Shown here: one piece after another, positions 34,460 to 47,599 of the stretch
Position numbering within the stretch: the stretch's first letter is position 1
How the letters are laid out: each line of letters opens with the position of its first letter
DNA from: Octopus sinensis
Taxonomy: Eukaryota
Assembly: GCF_006345805.1 (NCBI RefSeq)
Contig: NC_043020.1
Coordinates: 9,610,001 to 9,674,000 of the forward strand
Direction of reading: 5' to 3'
DNA length: 64,000 nucleotides
Translations under genes and position numbers: made by a program
Notes under the pieces: generated by a model
Seen by the model: the letters and a program-made list of their open reading frames with translations, nothing else
Told to the model about the DNA's origin: nothing
The model's database searches: none

Positions 34460-37440
34460 TACCAGTAGAGCACTGGGTTTTACACAATTGACTAGCTCCC
34501 ATCACAACCAAATTTCATGCCTTATTATAAATGTTATTGTTATTAAGGTGATGAGCTGGAAGAATGGTTAGTAGGTTGGACAAAATGCTTAGTGGCATTT
34601 CACCTGACCCTACATTCTGAGTTCAAATTGTGCTAAAGTCGACCTTTACCTTTTATCTTTTTTGGAGGTCAATAAAATAGGTACTGGTCAAGTATTGAGG
34701 TTGATGTAATTAATTAAAGCCCTTCCCCAGGCCCTGTGGCTATATTAGAAAGACATTTTATTTTTATCATAAGGATTTGAACTTAGAATGTTAAGAGTTA
34801 TAGTTTTTGGTTACAGCTCCCTACATTCCGGGTCCAAATTGTGGTGAGGTCAGTTTGACCATGACCTTTCATCCTTCTGTGGTCAATGAAATATTAGGTT
34901 GTCCCAAAAGTTCGTAAACACTTGCGAATATTGAATTTTTACTCGCCAAGTACTAACAAAAACAACAAAAATTATTCCTCAAAATAAAGACCATTATTTT
35001 CCAAGACTTTCTATGAACTTTTGGGACAACCTTATATATACTAGTCGTATTCTTGGGTCAGTATAACTGACTAAATCCCTTAATCCCAAATTTACTTCCC
35101 TTGTGACTGTTTTTTTAATAAACAATGACATCCATTTCTTTGATATATTTTTTCAACTGCTGTGAGATATTAATTAAAGACTCAAAACCAGGATGTTATA
35201 TAAACTTTACTGTAAATATACTGTATGAATATAAAAAACATTTTTTTTCTTAAAATCTGTGTTTGGCTCAATTTTATTTTTTCATCATTCTTTTACTTGT
35301 TTCAGTTATTTGACAACAGATGCTGGTGTGTTTACGTCCCCGTAACTTAGCGGTTCGGCAAAAGAGACCTATTTCTTTATTACCCACAAGGGGCTAAACA
35401 TAGAGGGGACAAACATGGACAGACATAGGTATTAAGTCGATTATATCGACCCCAGTGCTTAACTGGTACTTAATTTATCGACCCCGAAAGGATGAAAGGC
35501 AGGAGGCCAGAAATTTTGGGGAAAGGGGACTAATCGATTATATTGACCCCAGTGTTTCACTGGTACTTAATTTATCAACCTCAAAAAGGATGGAAGGCAA
35601 AGTTGACCATGGCAGAATTTGAGCCCAGAATGTAAAGACAGATGAAATTTTATTTTTTCATCATTTTTTTACTTGTTTCAGTCATTTGACAACAGATGCT
35701 GGTGTGTTTACGTCCCCGTAACTTAGCGGTTCGGCAAAAGAGACCTATTTCTTTATTACCCACAAGGGGCTAAACATAGAGGGGACAAACATGGACAGAC
35801 ATAGGTATGAAGTCGATTATATCGACCCCAGTGCTTAACTGGTACTTAATTTATCGACCCCGAAAGGATGAAAGGCAAAGTCGACCTCGGCGGAATTTGA
35901 ACTCACAAAGTAACGGCAGACGAAATACCGCTAAGCATTTCGCCCGACGTGCTAACAATTCTGCTAGCTCGCCGGTTCGGCAAAAGAGACCGATAGATTA
36001 AGTACTAGGCTTACAAAGAATAAGTCCTGGGGTCGATTTGCTCGACTAAAGGCAGTGCTCCAGCATGGCTACAGTGAAATGACTGAAACAAGTAAAAGAG
36101 TAAAAGAGAGTATGCATACAAACAAGTCATTTTTCCTGTTAGTTCTTTTGAAATATTTTTGCTATGTATTTTTATACAAGAAAACAGTTTGTTTTAGAGT
36201 TATCTGTGTCCCAGGAAGAGAAGAGGTTCAAAAGAATAAGGGGTCAAAGAACCAAAAGTTCTGATAAGACTGTTGCAGGAATTACTGGAGAACTAAGTGC
36301 TTCCCACTGGAGGTGGGCAGTCAAGGATTTCCCTTAAAACTTTGGGTAATAGATGAGTGAGCAGAAAAGCCATCAAGAAGAACACAGACATTGCGGAGGA
36401 TGTGGGTGGCTACGATTAAAACAGAAGTAACAGGTGTAGAGTCAGTAGAATGCCACCTGGGTACTGTCAACAAGAAATATCTTTTCTTTACTACCCACAA
36501 GGGGCTAAACATAGAGGGGACAAACAAGGACAAGGACAGACAAACGGATTAAGTCGATTACATCGATCCCAGTACGTAACTGGTACTTAATTTATCGACC
36601 CCAAAAGGATGAAAGGCAAAGTTGACCTCGGCGGAATTTGAACTCAGAACGTAATGGCAGACGAAATACGGCTACGCATTTCGCCTGGCGTGCTAACTGT
36701 TCTGCTAGCTCGCCGCCTAACTAGAAATATCACTGGTGTGTGGAAGCACTCCGTCGGTTACGACGATGAGGGTTCCGGTTAATCGGATCAACGGAACAGC
36801 CTGCTCGTGAAATTAACGTGTAAGTGGCTGAGCACTCCACAGACACGTGTACCCTTAACATAGTTCTCAGGGGATATTCAGCGTGACACAGAGAGTGACA
36901 AGGCCGGCCCTTTGAAATACAGGTACAACAGAAACAGGAAGTAAGAGTGAGAGAAAGCTGTGGTGAATGAGTACAGCAGGGATCACCACCATCCCCTGCC
37001 AGAGCCTCGTGGAGCCTTCAGGTGTTTTCGCTCAATAAACACTCACAACGCCCGGTCTGGGAATCGAAACCGCAATCCTACGACCGCGAGTCCACTGCCC
37101 TAACCACTGGGCCATTGCGCCTCCACATGAAGCATGTAACAATGAGCTGTCACACTAACGATAAACAGCTAAGTCACTGTTACTATATAATATCTGTTGG
37201 GACCGTTCTGTGATGATGCTGCAGAACAGTATGAGTGCTGGAGACTGGTAACACTACCAAAGTTACCTCTGAGTTGCTGAAGCAGAAATATCATTATAGC
37301 AAATATTCTGCTCAATACCACAGATTTGCTTGACCTTAACTACTTGACCATGTCCCTTAGTGGCTGACAATACGTGCTTCTCTGATCATGAGCAGAAGTA
37401 GTTGGGAAGTATTATAGCTATATAATACACCTTTTCAAAC

Positions 37441-38149
37441 TCTACCCATCTAACACCCGTGGACATATTTACAAAGTCAGAAAACAGCACAACTCCCATG
37501 ACTTCAGGAAACATTTTTTCATGCTGAGAGTTGCTGAAGCATGGAACAAACTGCCGGCATCAGTTGTTAGTTGTCGGAGCACTGCATCCTTCAAAACTTC
37601 CATGCTTTCTGAGATTCACCAACACTACACCTGATTTTCTCCCCTCCTTACACACACAAGCATGTATCTGACTCATACATTGTTCGCTTTCCAGACATTT
37701 CTACATTACTGCATGTATTTTATATGCACTTTCTGACAAGTTGTGGTGCACCTGAGCACTGTATACAATAATTTCATTATTATTATTATTTAAAAACTCC
37801 ACCCGTCTAACACCCGTGGACATATTTACAAAGTCAGAAAACAGCACAACTCCCATGACTTCAGGAAACATTTTTTCATGCTGAGAGTTGCTGAGGCATG
37901 GAACAAACTGCCGGCATCAGTTGTTAGTTGTCGGAGCACTGCATCCTTCAAAACTTCCATGCTTTCTGAGATTCGCCAACTCTACACCTGATTTTCTCCC
38001 CTCCATACACACGCAAGCATGTATCTGTCTCATACATTGTTCGCTTTCCAGGCATTTTTACATTACTGCATGTACTTTATATGCACTTTCTGACAAGTTG
38101 TGGTGCACCTGAGCACTGTATACAATAATTTCATTATTATTATTATTAT
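37441..38149 (+). mobile_element. Two tandem 357-bp CR1/L2-clade 3' ends with (ATT)n tails; third copy at about 47655-48020
   Basis: NTRGHIYKV...FFMLRVAEAWNKLPASVV motif. Confidence 0.88.
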
Positions 38150-40563
38150 ATGTTGAGAGGGATTGTTTGGAGTTTGAATAAATGAAACAAAAGTTAAGTT
38201 TGAAGGAAATATTTGCCATTTTTCAGACTTTCTAGGGGTAAGCAAAGGGATTAACAGTTGTTACACAAGTGTAATATAGGCGCAGGAGTGGCTGTGTGGT
38301 AAGTAGCTTGCTAACTAACCACATGGTTCCGGGTTCAGTCCCACTGCGTGGCATCTTGGGCAAGTGTCTTCTGCTATAGCCCCCGGGCCGACCAATGCCT
38401 TGTGAGTGGATTTGGTAAACAGAAACTGAAAGAAGCCTATATAGGCGCAGGAGTGGCTGTGTGGTAAGTAGCTTGCTAACCAACCACATGGTTCCGGGTT
38501 CAGTCCAACTGCGTGGCATCTTGGGCAAGTGTCTTCTGCTATAGCCCCCGGGCCGACCAATGCCTTGTGAGTGGATTTGGTAGATGGAAACTGAAAGAAG
38601 CCCGTCGTATATATGTATATATATATGTGTGTGTGTGTGGGGGTGGGTTTGTGTGTCTGTGTTTGTCCCCCTAGCATTGCTTGACAACCGATGCTGGTGT
38701 GTTTACGTCCCCGTAACTTAGCGGTTCGGCAAAAGAGAACCGATAGAATAAGTACTTGGCTTACAAGAATAAGTCCCGGGGTCGATTTGCTCGACTAAAG
38801 GTGGTGCTCCAGCATGGCCGCAGTCAAATGACTGAAACAAGTAAAAGAGTAAAAGAGAGAGCCAGATATTGTAGTTGAGATACCCCTGCCGGTGACACGT
38901 TGGGCCTCACAGAGGTAATGACAAAAGACCGAGAACTCTGAGATATGCTGTGACTGCGAAGACCTGACAAATGAAGTGAGTTCATGACTTGCTGTGCTTA
39001 CCTTGGATCGTAGGGTGACCTGCTGTGCTTGAGGAGACCTATTGAGTGAAGTACATCCACATCAAAATAAAAATCAAATGGAAATTGTAGTTGTGATACC
39101 CGTGCCACGTAAAAAGCACCATCCGAACATGGCCAATGCCAGCGCTGCCTTGACTGGCGTCGGTGCCAGTGACAAGTAGAAAGCACCAACCGATTGTGGT
39201 CGTTGCCGGTGGCACGTAAAAAGCACCCACTACACTCACGGAGTAGTTGGCGTTAGGAAGGGCTTGGATGGAAGCACTCCGTCGGTTACGACGACGAGGG
39301 TTCTGGTTGATCCGAATCAACGGAACAGCCTGCTCGTGAAATTAACGTGTAATTGGCTGAGCACTCCAAAGACACGTGTACCCTTAACGTAGTTCTCGGG
39401 GATATTCAGCGTGACACAGAGAGTGACAAGGCCGGCCCTTTGAAATACAGGTACAACAGAAACAGGAAGAAAGAGTGAGAGAAAGTAGTAGGGAAAGAGT
39501 ACAGCAGGGATCACCACCATCCCCTGCCGGAGCCTCGTGGAGCTTTTAGGTGTTTTCGCTCAATAAACACTCACAACGCCCGGTCTGAGAATGGAAACCG
39601 CGATCCTATGACCGCGAGTCCGCTGCCCTAACCACTGGGCCATTGTGCCTCCAGGAAGGGCTTCCAGCTATAGGAACACTGCCAGATCAGACTGGAGCCT
39701 GGTGCAGCCTCCTGGCTTCCCAGACCCAGGTCGAACCGTCCAACCCATGCTAGCATGGAAAACGGACTTTAAACGATGATGATGATGAAGAATATAACGT
39801 ATTCATTGTATTGCGCCTTCCGAATACTCGACCAGTCAAACTTTCCAGGGTTGTTAAGAATTATTCTCGCTTGAATAAGATTGTTGATTAATATATATTA
39901 ATATTGTTATATTTGGGGACTCTCTCTTTTACTTTCTTTTAGTTGTTTCAGTCATTTGACTGCGGCCATGCTGGAGCACCGCCTTTAGTTGAGCAAATCG
40001 ACCCCGGGACTTATTCTTTGTAAGCCCAGTACTTATTCTATCGGTCACTCTTTTGCCGAACCGCTAGAGACGGGGACGCAAACACAGTCAAGCAATGCTA
40101 GAGGGACAAACACAGACACACAAATACATACACACACATACATACATATATATATATACATATATACGACAGCTTCTTTCAGTTTCCGTTTACCAAATCC
40201 ACTCACAAGGCATTGGTCGGCCCGGGGCTATAGCAGAAGACACTTGCCCACACAGCCACTCCTGCGCCTGTATTGTCCTGTCTAAACTTTTTTAAGGCTA
40301 TGGATTAAAACATTGGTCAAGAATGGAAGGGGTTCTTAAATATATTATTGTTAGTTATTTTTAACTTCAGTCACCGGTATTATTACAAGTCAGGGAAAAA
40401 TTGTCAGCGACACCGCCAGCTTAGTAGTCTCTTCATAACAAACTCCTCGAGTTCTGATATTTAAAACAGAATCTCATGATGTACGAAGCAAAAATCAACT
40501 AAATCGTAACAGATCGCACTCACAGGTATTTCTCACCTTTTAAAGCAATCACCGAGAATTGAT

Positions 40564-41814
40564 ATGGAGGATGTTAATTGCTTGGACGTTTCTAACGCAC
40601 CTGTTTTTCACGATGTGAATTTAATTGCAGGGAAATACGCGGACGAGGAATCCTCATCTGGTGACACGTTTACTAAACAAACGTCATCGCGCAAAAATAT
40701 TCCTGAACATCGTTGCGAGATTTGCAAGAAGACGTTCTCTTCGGAGCACGAAGTCGTCGCGCACAGAGAAAAACACAAGGAGAAACCCTACCACTGTGAG
40801 ATATGTGGAAAATATTTCGTGTGCAACAGTCATTTTACAAACCACAAGAGGGTACACACGGGGGAAAAACCGTTCCACTGTGAAATATGCGGGAAGTCTT
40901 TCACCCAGAATTACCATCTTGTGGTCCACGTTCGGAGTCACACGGGAGAAAAACCTTACCATTGCCAAGTGTGTGGAAAATCTTTTGTGGATAACAGCAA
41001 TTTAACAAGGCATAAACGAATTCACACGGGGGAAAATCCATTTCATTGCGATATATGCGGAAAATCGTTCTCGGATAATTCTAATATCATCGTTCACAAA
41101 CGTAGGCATACGGGAGAACAGCCCTATCACTGTGAAATCTGCGGGAAATCTTTCGTAAATAACAGCGATTTGAAAAGCCATGAACGGGTCCACAGCGGGG
41201 AGAAACCGTATCAGTGTGAAATATGTGGAAAATCCTTCTCTGGAAATTCCCAACTGGTGATCCACAAACGTAGTCATACGGGCGAAAAACCGTTTCGGTG
41301 TGAGGTATGTGAAAGATCGTTTCTCACTAACGGCTTGTTGAAAGCTCACCTGAAAATACACTCCGGGGAGAAGCCTCACCACTGTGAGATATGCGGGAAA
41401 TCTTTTCTGAAAAACCACGATTTGAAACGTCACAGGCAGATCCATACCGGGGAAAAACCGTACCACTGCGAAGTTTGTGGCAAGTCCTTTTGTCAGAATT
41501 CGGCCCTTACGCTCCACATGCAAATTCACACGGGAGAAAAATCTCATCTGTGTGAGATGTGTGGCAAGTCTTTCTCCCGGAATTCCGACCTTATAAGCCA
41601 CAAACGTAGACACACTGGGGAAAAGCCCTGCCCCTGTGAAATATGCGGTAAATCTTTTGTTAATAATAGCGATTTGAACATGCACAAACGGGTCCATACT
41701 GGAGAAAAGCCCTACTGTTGTGGGATATGTGATAAATCGTTTATCACAAGAACTCTCTTAAAAAGGCATGAACTGATACACTCTAGGGGGAAGTCTTTGA
41801 GATATAAAACATGA
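40564..41814 (+). CDS. Intronless C2H2 zinc-finger protein, 416 aa, 13 tandem fingers
   Basis: 13 CxxC-x12-HxxxH units, mostly with TGEKP-type linkers; short acidic N-terminus with no recognisable KRAB/BTB/SCAN domain; uninterrupted ORF. Confidence 0.95.
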   Translation: MEDVNCLDVSNAPVFHDVNLIAGKYADEESSSGDTFTKQTSSRKNIPEHRCEICKKTFSSEHEVVAHREKHKEKPYHCEICGKYFVCNSHFTNHKRVHTGEKPFHCEICGKSFTQNYHLVVHVRSHTGEKPYHCQVCGKSFVDNSNLTRHKRIHTGENPFHCDICGKSFSDNSNIIVHKRRHTGEQPYHCEICGKSFVNNSDLKSHERVHSGEKPYQCEICGKSFSGNSQLVIHKRSHTGEKPFRCEVCERSFLTNGLLKAHLKIHSGEKPHHCEICGKSFLKNHDLKRHRQIHTGEKPYHCEVCGKSFCQNSALTLHMQIHTGEKSHLCEMCGKSFSRNSDLISHKRRHTGEKPCPCEICGKSFVNNSDLNMHKRVHTGEKPYCCGICDKSFITRTLLKRHELIHSRGKSLRYKT

Positions 41815-41852
41815 GAATTCCTTGTGCAAATATAAACTTAAAGTCTACAACG

Positions 41853-42898
41853 AATATCCGTTGGAAAACATCTATTGTGATAAAATATACTCAAAATAAT
41901 TCTAATTAAATTCTTGTCTTGTAGTCTTAATTTCATTTTGAGAGAAGTCTTTTCACTTAACTCTTTCGTTAACATATTTATTTTGAGATGCTCTGTGTTT
42001 CTTTCAATTATTTTAGATATAACAAAGAATTTAGAAAAATAACTTAGTTACCATTAAGCTAGTGTTAGTAATGTAAATTGTGACTAAAGTTTGGTGGAAA
42101 ATTTTAATTCAAAACTTAAGAAAGCAAGACGTTTGTACTACAGAGCCAGAGGCGGTTTCGGCCGGGTTGGTAATGAAAGGATTAAATATCCGTTGGAAAA
42201 CATCTATTGTGATAAAATACACTCAAAATAATTCTAATTAAGTTCTTGTCTTGTAGTCTTAATTTCATTTTGAGAGAAGTCTTTTCACTTAACCCTTTCA
42301 TTAACATATTTATTTTGAGATGCTCTGTGTTTCTTTCAATTATTTTAGATATAACGAAGAATTTAGAAAAATAACTTAGTGGCTGTGTGGTAAGTAGCTT
42401 GCTAACCAACCACATGGTTCCGGGTTCAGTTCCACTGTGTGGCATCTTGGGCAAGTGTCTTCTGCTATAGCCCCGGGCTGACCAATGCCTTGTGAGTGGA
42501 TTTGGTAGACGGAAACTGAAAGAAGCCTGTCGTATATATGTATATATATATATGTGTGTGTGTCTGTGTTTGTCCCCCTAGCATTGCTTGACAACCAATG
42601 CTGGTGTGTTTATGTCCCCGTCACTTAGCGGTTCGGCAAAAGAGACCGATAGAATAAGTACTGGGCTTACAAAGAATAAGTCCCAGGGTCGATTTGCTCG
42701 ACTAAAGGCGGTGCTCCAGCATGGCCGCAGTCAAATGACTGAAACAAGTAAAAGAGAGTTACCATTAAGCTAGTGTTAGTAATGTAAATTGTGACAAAAG
42801 TTTGGTGGAAAATTTTAATTCAAAACTGAAGAAAGCCAAGACATTTGTACTACAGAGCCAGAGGCGGTTTCGGCCGGGTTGGTAATGAAAGGGTTAAA
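41853..42898 (+). repeat. Local about 330-bp tandem duplication downstream of the ZNF; second copy split by a SINE-A
   Basis: aatatccgttggaaaacatc...MITE repeated at 41853 and 42184; SINE at 42380-42757. Confidence 0.85.
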
Positions 42899-43955
42899 TA
42901 TCAAGGAAATCCTTGTTTGTGAATTATAAACTTATAGTTTATAAATGAAGATGCACTGGACAGAAGAACTATATCAATATGAAATATATTATGGTGAATC
43001 ATTCTCCGAGCTCGAGTCTTGTAATTCGCATATACTGTGCTGGGAACATAAATTGTGATTAAAGTCTGGTGGAAGTGGAAGATTTTAATTCAAAATTTAT
43101 GAAAACAAGACATTTGTACTCAGAGCCAGAGCCGGTTTCAGCCAGGTTGGTAACAAAAGGGTTAAATTTACCAATTGTCTAGTTTCAAATTAATGGTTGA
43201 TGACAAAAAGAAAATATATTTTATTCATTTTCCTGCTACAAATATTCACTTACATGGCTGTGTTTAATAAGCTTGCTCCTCAATCACATGGTTTTTAGAT
43301 TCAGGGGTTCCATTGTGTGGCACTTTAGGCAAGTATCTTCTATAGCCCTGAGCTACAATAAAATTTCATGAAATACAATAAATAATGACTAATGTATTTT
43401 CAATATCCTTTTCAGATCTCTTCTTTGTCATTTCATTTGAAAATGAATGATTTCAGTCACTTTTTAAGCCCACTCTTTCCATATTAAACAAATGATGTGC
43501 AATATCACTTTGGGATTGTGTGTGAGTGTGTATGTATATATATATATATATATATATATACATACATATGTGAGTATATATATATATATATATATATATA
43601 CAATCAACCAATAAGGGTGAGAAATTTTTATACTAATTTAATAGTACATCCATTTAACACCTAGTGGCTTAGTGCATATAAAACCCGGATTTTCATACAT
43701 ATATATATATATATATTGGAAGGTTTGGAGATGATGTACAGGTATTATATATTAGAAGAAATGAGGTACTCAGAAAATCGGATGGTTTATATTTACAGAT
43801 ATTTATTTATATATTACATTTTTTATATATCATATAACTTAGATCATGTATTAGCGCTTTCTCCCATTCTAGTGGGGTTTTCAAATCAATATATATATAT
43901 ATATATATATGTATGTATATATATATGTATGTATATATATATATATATACATATA

Positions 43956-44025
43956 TAATCAAAATAAGCAACAAGGATATCCAGACTGCATTCCCTCTGG
44001 ATATCCTTGTTGCTTATTTTGATTA
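43956..44025. repeat. Perfect 30-bp-arm hairpin next to (TA)n
   Basis: taatcaaaataagcaacaaggatatccaga / reverse complement, 10-nt loop. Confidence 0.85.
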
Positions 44026-45094
44026 AAATCACCCCATTTTGAATTATATGGATAATACCATACTAAATTCTGGTGCCTTTAACTTAAGTACCATATTCAA
44101 CTGAATCTAAACTTATATATATATATATTGAAGTCGATCAACATCAATTGAAATTGCAGCTGTGATACCAGTGCCGGTGGCACGTAAGCGAACCATCCGA
44201 TCGTGGCCGTTGCCAGCCTCGCTTGACCCCCGTGCCAGTGGCACGTAAAAAGCACCATCCGACCGTGGCCGTTTGCCAGCCCCGTCTGGCACGTAAAAAG
44301 CACCCACTACACTCACAGAGTGTTTGGCATTAGGAAGGGCATCCAGCCGTAGAAACATTGCCAGATCAGACTGGAGCCTGGTGCAGCCTCCTGGCTTCCC
44401 AGACCCCAGTTGAACCGTCTAACCCATGCTAGCATGGAAAGCGGATGCTAAATGATGATGATGATGATGATATATATATAATTTTATTGAAGCTGAGAAG
44501 CCTTTACAAATTGTATTTAGAACAATGCAATAACACTAAAGCATTGTTCTAAGTACTCACCTGTCTGATTATCAATTACCTGATGCTCTGAGTAACAGTT
44601 TGGGAAGCTTTTCAGTTTCAATAACACGACTTTGCTCTACCTTTGGTATTCAAGTCCTGTTTTTTTCCACCTCTGTGCATGTAATCTTTCATTAACTTTA
44701 CAGGTAATGATGTTACTGTAAATTACATTAAAATGACAAGAGTTCACAATTCCTATAAATTAATTTAATTTTTATCAGTATTTGAGAAATTTGTGTCACC
44801 GCCTTATACTTTGAAAAAATATTTGATTAAAAATAGGTAAAATTTAGTAAAAACAATAATTTATTCCATACATCAAAATATTTTTGACTTTTAAATTCTT
44901 GGATTCATAGCTTTTATGCATTTAACATTTCATATAATCTTAGTTTTATTGAATAAAAGCATTATTGAAAGTCTTCACAGCATTAACAAATAGAAATCCA
45001 AATCTTTAGTTAATCCATTTATAGTTCTGAAAGCAACAATGGCTTGAAGTTTTGTCTATGTTTGTAAAGCTCTGTTACTTTCCGGTAACAACAT

Positions 45095-45790
45095 ATATCT
45101 ATCTATCCATCTATCCGCTCAGTTGAAGTCGACTCTCGGTCACTCGTTGGATCAGTGTCCTCCAGTCAGTTCTATCCTGGGCCACTTCTTTCAGACTGGC
45201 TATGTCCATTCCGGTATCACTCTTGATGGTGTCAAGCCAGCGGTTTCTTGGTCGGCCTCTTCCTCTCTTGCCACTGACCATTCCGAGCATGATGTCCTTC
45301 TCCAGGGATTTTCTCCGCATAATATGACCGAAATATGCCAATCTATGCTTGGTGATCCTAGCTTCTAGCGACATTTTCGGCCTGATCTGCTTAAGATATA
45401 TATATATATATATTCGATCAGTCGAAGTCGACTCTTGGTCACTCGTTGGGTCAGTGTCCTCCAATCAGTTCTATCCTGGGCCGCTTCTTTCAGATTGGCT
45501 ATGTCCACTCTGGTATCACTCTTGATGGTGTCAAGCCAGCGGGTTCTTGGTCGGCCTCTTCCTCTCTTGCCACTGACCATTCCGAGTATGATGTCCTTCT
45601 CCAGGGATTTTCTCCGCATAATATGACCGAAATATGCCAATCTATGCTTGGTGATCCTAGCTTCTAGCTACATTTTCGGCTTTATCTGCTTAAGAACTTC
45701 TCCATTGGTGAGCCTCGCTGTCCATGGAATCCGTAAAAGTCTTCTCCAACACCAAAGCTCGAATGCATTAATTCTCTTCTGGTCAGCTTT
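45095..45790 (-). mobile_element. Two tandem RTE-BovB-like 3' ends
   Basis: RINAFELWCWRRLLRIPWTAR... and duplicated LEARITKHRLAYFGHIMRR...QRVT.SRL blocks separated by (TA)n. Confidence 0.88.
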
Positions 45791-46535
45791 CTTTAGTGTC
45801 CAGTATACTTTTCTTACTCTCTCAAATGTATCAAGTGAGTAGAGGCTTTCTGAGACTGGTTATGTTGATACAGTTGATGTCCAGTTTGAACTCCCATAGA
45901 GGGAGCAGCTCAGCTGACAATCCGACTTGCAACACATTACAAAAACATAAAGATATCGGTTGTGATTGCGCCAAGCTCAGCATTGAATGGACAGTCCTAT
46001 GACTGAACATGTTCCAGGCATGACCATCCCATCTGTCTCTCAAGTACACATGAACACACAGCTATCTATCTATATACACTTTTTTTTTACTCGTTTCAGT
46101 CCTTTGACTGCAGCCATGCTGGAGCACCGCCTTTAGTCGAGCAAATCGACCCCGGGACTTATTCTTTGTAAGCCCAGTACTTATTCTATCGGTCTCTTTT
46201 TCCCGAACCGCTAAGTGACGGGGACGTAAACACACCAGCATCGGTTGTCAAGCAATGCTAGGGGGACAAACACAGACACACAAACATATATATATATATA
46301 CATATATATGACAGGCTTCTTTCAGTTTCCGTCTACCAAATCCACTCACAAGGCATTGGTCGGCCTGGGGCTATAGCAGCAGACACTTGCCCAAGATGCC
46401 ACGCAGTGGGACTGAACCTGGAACCATGTGGTTGGTTAGGAAGCTACTTACCACACAGCCACTCCAGCTATCTATCCACAGTGTCTCTTCCTTTATGAGA
46501 TGGTAGTAGGGTTTGAGGGAAATTTAGCACTTTAA

Positions 46536-47599
46536 CCCTTTCGTTACTATATTTCTGACCAAAATACACCCCTCACGAGTTTCAATTAAATTCTAAAATA
46601 ATCATGAATCTAGGCTTGTTTCATTAAATAACTGTAACTTTTTTACTTATCAACATATTAATGTGATATTTGGAACATAATTAAAGAAAGGGTTCTTAAT
46701 CAATTCTATTGCATAACTTTTGTCTCAAAGTGACTTTAATTACAGGTAAATTGAGCAAAAGGTAAAAATATTAAAATTTTGTTTAAACATCACCATAGAA
46801 AATGAATCATCAGCTAATATTCAAATGGGTATGCAACAAAATTTTGATAAAGAAGAATTGTGCACATCACTATATCATCAGTTGAATTTAATGCACAACA
46901 GGTGTACCATAAAGGTGGAATAAACTGAAATGCTGGAATCCACCCTAAGTTTGACCGAACTAAAGAAATTGGTCAAAAAATAATATACGGCCCTGGTTAT
47001 GGTATGGAAGTGATAAATTCCAGACCACATCGTTCCCTAGGCCATGCTGACTAACATTAGTTTCCCTGTATAAAAACTAAATTCACGCAGTACCCAGTAT
47101 TTGCTTCACAAATTTTCCGAAATTTGAACCCCCATTTTGTGCTTGTTTACATTCTGCGTAAGTTTGTTTCCGCATTGATCGTTTCAAACAATAACTTCCA
47201 GACCACATCATACCCTAAGCCATGCTGACTAACATTAGTTTCCCTGTATAAAAACTAAATCCACAACAGTACCCAGTATTTGTTTCACAAATTTTCCAAT
47301 TCAGAATCAATGCTTGATAACATGAAACTCCTATCCATTTTCAAAGTTGAAGAAAAACCGATGCTGAAAAAAATGTGGAAAAAAATCTCCCAAAATTCAG
47401 GGAATTAAAATTACACGTCGATCTTTGTACAAAACTGTAGATGAACTGTTTACAAAGCATAATCACATGTTTTCACAAATGTACTAAAGAGATTTGCTCT
47501 GACATTCTCATTTAAATATGAATAGGTAAATTTGGGCGGTTTGGTCACATTAACCAAAATTTTTTTCGGGTGGCTTTGGGCGGTTTGGTAACGAAAGGG
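46536..47599. mobile_element. 1064-bp non-autonomous piggyBac-like element
   Basis: TTAA|CCCTTTCGTTAC ... GTAACGAAAGGG|TTAA; subterminal tttgggcggtttgg repeats; internal about 100-bp duplication; no transposase ORF. Confidence 0.85.

Noticed and set aside
41002-41697. 231-aa ORF on - overlapping the ZNF
   Set aside because: Antisense shadow of repetitive zinc-finger codons; no independent motif
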